Shown here piece after piece: positions 63,320-64,000 of a stretch of DNA of 64,000 nucleotides. The stretch is from Chlorokybus atmophyticus. Its lineage: Eukaryota; Plantae; Mesostigma and Chlorokybus algae. Under the pieces are notes generated by a model, which was given only the letters and a program-made list of their open reading frames with translations, did not search any database and was not told where the DNA came from. Positions within the stretch are counted from its first letter, which is position 1. The number at the start of each line of letters is the position of its first letter. The stretch is from NCBI GenBank assembly GCA_009103225.1, contig RHPI01001037.1:1856551-1920550 (forward strand), in the 5' to 3' direction. The position numbers and the translations under genes were made by a program.

Positions 63320-63830
63320 AGCGGAGCTGGAGAAGGTTGTGTTAGGGTAGTCGCGATGCGGGGATTTGGCCTCCCTTCCGCGAGGCCGTCGATGGGGCAG
63401 CTACCAGCCGACGGTTCGATAGAAGCCACGGCCCTGCCTTGTACAGCCGGTCCGGTACGGTGCAATGTGAGAGCGGTGCAACCTGCGCTCCGTTTTACAG
63501 TCGGGAGGCCAAGACAGGTTGTCTGGAGTCATGGCGGTAGCGGTTAGTAACGCGAATTGTCGCGTAATCGACGTCGACAGAGCGAGATTGCTGAGATGAA
63601 TGAAGCCGAGCGTCGACGACGACAGTGTGGAAGAGCTGACGATGTTGTGTGTTTGTTGTCGTTGACCGGCAGTTTCACATTGTCAGTAGCGGTCTTTGTG
63701 TGTGTGTGTCGACGGCGTTGATTGCATGCTGTGCGACGTTTGCCGTTGTGACTGTGTGTAGTTCAAATACTTTTGAAGTTTGGGCGGGCGCTGTGTAGCG
63801 GTAGACCTGCTGTTGCTGTGTTCCAAAGCT

Positions 63831-63889
63831 CAACCACGACAACGACACGCTCAGCTTCTCAGAAGCTGAGCGTGTCGTTGTCGTGGTTG
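63831..63889. repeat. Perfect 59-bp palindrome (29-bp arms, 1-nt spacer)
   Basis: CAACCACGACAACGACACGCTCAGCTTCT-C-AGAAGCTGAGCGTGTCGTTGTCGTGGTTG. Confidence 0.97.
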
Positions 63890-64000
63890 TGCATCGGTGG
63901 GGCCAGGCTTGAGCGATGTTTGACGATGGGCGCAATGTCTTTGACGAGCATGAAGGCGCTTGTGAGGGGGAGAAGACGCCTGCCAGAGCGTTAAGTGGTG

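Noticed and set aside
1-64000. Most ORFs in the supplied six-frame track
   Set aside because: They are antisense or off-frame shadows of spliced exons, or translations of CA/GT-rich introns (HTHT/CVCV runs).

Overview
Eukaryotic, intron-dense nuclear DNA from a green-lineage alga with motile cilia. It has plastid-targeted genes with transit peptides, a central-pair SPEF2/CPC1 homologue and short CA/GT-rich introns, and it uses the standard genetic code; assignment to an early-diverging streptophyte or prasinophyte is inference only. Gene order: a decayed, intron-containing pseudogene for a secreted NIDO + tandem PKD-like protein (+); UUAT/TPT-family nucleotide-sugar transporter (+); truncated CRE/ZEPP-like non-LTR retroelement (-); conserved unknown chloroplast protein (-); cpSRP54 (+); VAMP7-like longin SNARE (-); GlcNAc-1-P transferase DPAGT1/ALG7 (+); SPEF2/CPC1 (-); PRP4 (+); long coiled-coil protein (-); tRNA-Val(CAC); NmrA-like protein (+); small acidic protein (-); PGP synthase (+); a 628-bp TRIM; CHLH (-). 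The main oddities are: (1) a recent TRIM carrying a tRNA-like/B-box module directly behind its PBS; (2) strictly alternating orientation over 12 genes, with the palindrome GTCACGTGAC in three of the shared promoters; (3) the NIDO + Dx[DN]xDG-loop PKD architecture; (4) several perfect palindromes with 1-nt spacers; (5) a SNARE lacking the zero-layer Arg; (6) a cpSRP54 that retains both RNA-binding motifs and a cpSRP43-tail-like motif. Two near-exact duplications flanking N gaps (offsets 641 bp and 1562 bp) are most likely assembly artefacts. Exon boundaries were inferred by eye and no database searches were run.
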